Assembly (NCBI GenBank): GCA_021158055.1
Contig: JAGGVJ010000023.1
Span: 1 to 30,050, forward strand
Source: Candidatus Iainarchaeum sp.
GTDB taxonomy: Archaea > Iainarchaeota > Iainarchaeia > JAGGVJ01
Length of the DNA stretch: 30,050 bases
Direction of reading: 5' to 3'
Shown here: positions 29,081-30,050 of the stretch, piece after piece
How positions within the stretch are numbered: position 1 is the stretch's first letter
Layout: every line of letters begins with the position of its first letter
Position numbers and translations under genes: made by a program
Notes under the pieces: generated by a model
The model's input: only the letters and a program-made list of their open reading frames with translations
What the model was told of the DNA's origin: nothing
Databases searched by the model: none

Positions 29081-29296
29081 TTATATTCTTGCCATTATTG
29101 TTCCACATTTAGGGCATGGGAGCTTGTTGCAGGGCTGCGCCCTGGTATGCTCTTGTTCATACCCGCATTTAGGGCACTTGCAGGTTCCTCCAAGACCTGC
29201 TGCCAGCGGACCACCCATTCTTCCGCCAGTTACTCCAAATCCTCTGCCAGCTCCTCTTCCCTGACCAACCGGTCCGGTTCCGTCTCTTCCAGGCAT
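29081..29296 (-). CDS. Small Gly-rich protein: DUF5320-like N-terminus plus a Cys-rich metal-binding ribbon
   Basis: MPGRDGTGP.GQG...CKCPKCGY...H....PC....CPKCG..M.R; GGAGGTGA RBS. Confidence 0.85.
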   Translation of the reverse strand: MPGRDGTGPVGQGRGAGRGFGVTGGRMGGPLAAGLGGTCKCPKCGYEQEHTRAQPCNKLPCPKCGTIMARI

Positions 29297-29332
29297 TTCA
29301 CATTCACCTCCATGAATTTTTATTGCCTTTCT

Positions 29333-29366
29333 ATTATGCATTATAATGCATAATGTTATATATAAA
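29333..29366 (-). promoter_or_regulatory. TATA box (TTTATATA, minus strand) followed by the perfect 22-bp palindrome ATTATGCATTATAATGCATAAT, a candidate operator
   Basis: Palindrome at 29333-29354 and TATA at 29366-29359, both upstream of ATG 29296. Confidence 0.7.
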
Positions 29367-29571
29367 CATTTCTGAAAACAAACATTCTTGAAATATTGAA
29401 AAAAATATCGGCGAAATATTGAAGAAATGAAAACCTAACACCCCCAGAGATATCAAAGATTTATAAAGAACCAATAAATATGAACTAAAACTAGAATATT
29501 TCAGTAAATTGTTTAGGGAAAATTTTACAGGTAATAAAAAACAAAAAAAATCAAAAAAAGGAGTGGGAAAA

Positions 29572-30050
29572 ATGAAAAAAATAATGGGTTTTTTAAGTCT
29601 TGTGCTTGTTCTTGCCGTCGCAAACGCAAGCGTGCTTGACACAAGCGACATGCTTTTGATGGCATATTATCAGGACAGATGTCTTGACGGCGGAATCGAG
29701 GACTTGAGCAAAGTAGCGGAAGAATATGACATCATAACCGAAAGTACTCCGCAGTACCTTGAAGGGCAAATAAAAATCATTCAAAATACCAGCAGTCAGG
29801 AGTACACAATGGTAAATGTGAGAACCAGAACTGACGGGTGGGTTGTCGCATGGCTTCCGAGTTCAACCGAACACATTCTCGGAGACATCCCGAAATGGGA
29901 CACAATAACAAACAGCGCCGTGTCCACAACAACAGTTGAAAACGCAATTGATAGGATAATTACGAGAGCAGGGCACAAAAGCTGCACAGTTGAGGCATCA
30001 CCTTACACTTACTCAAAAAGTGATGTTGCTTACTACTCAGGGTTTTACCC
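29572..30050 (+). CDS. Secreted hypothetical protein, partial (runs off the window end; absent from the ORF track)
   Basis: Translated by hand: MKKIMGFLSLVLVLAVANA-SVLDTSD..., open to 30050; AGGAG RBS; classical signal peptide. Confidence 0.8.
   Translation, partial: MKKIMGFLSLVLVLAVANASVLDTSDMLLMAYYQDRCLDGGIEDLSKVAEEYDIITESTPQYLEGQIKIIQNTSSQEYTMVNVRTRTDGWVVAWLPSSTEHILGDIPKWDTITNSAVSTTTVENAIDRIITRAGHKSCTVEASPYTYSKSDVAYYSGFY

Noticed and set aside
29334-29987. Three short minus-strand ORFs at the right end
   Set aside because: They are antisense to the signal-peptide ORF from 29572 or cover promoter DNA.

Overview
Chromosomal segment of an archaeon (TFB, Gar1, rpl35ae, Trm1, NucS, single-domain KaiC/RAD55, TATA-type promoters). 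The gene content and style suggest a DPANN-like lineage, but that is an inference. About 28 CDS, mostly housekeeping: scpA, scpB, nth, rnhB, rpl35ae-trm1, gar1-tfb, nucS and a P-type ATPase. No rRNA, tRNA, CRISPR array or transposase was recognised. Most notable: (i) a 613-aa KamA-family radical SAM enzyme whose substrate-pocket residues (Lys/Asn) match glutamate 2,3-aminomutase rather than lysine 2,3-aminomutase, lying near trehalose synthase TreT and two MscS channels, a candidate osmoadaptation set; (ii) a tandem pair of uncharacterised Trp-rich, probably beta-barrel (AttH/CrtC-like) paralogs between scpA and scpB; (iii) the same palindrome, TATGCA-N6-TGCATA, next to a TATA box at two loci 17 kb apart, one inside an AT-rich divergent winged-helix islet; (iv) a 1037-aa lipoprotein with a gingipain-like (C25) His/Cys dyad; (v) a 24-bp tandem array at the window start, many small tandem duplications and a strong A/C strand skew.
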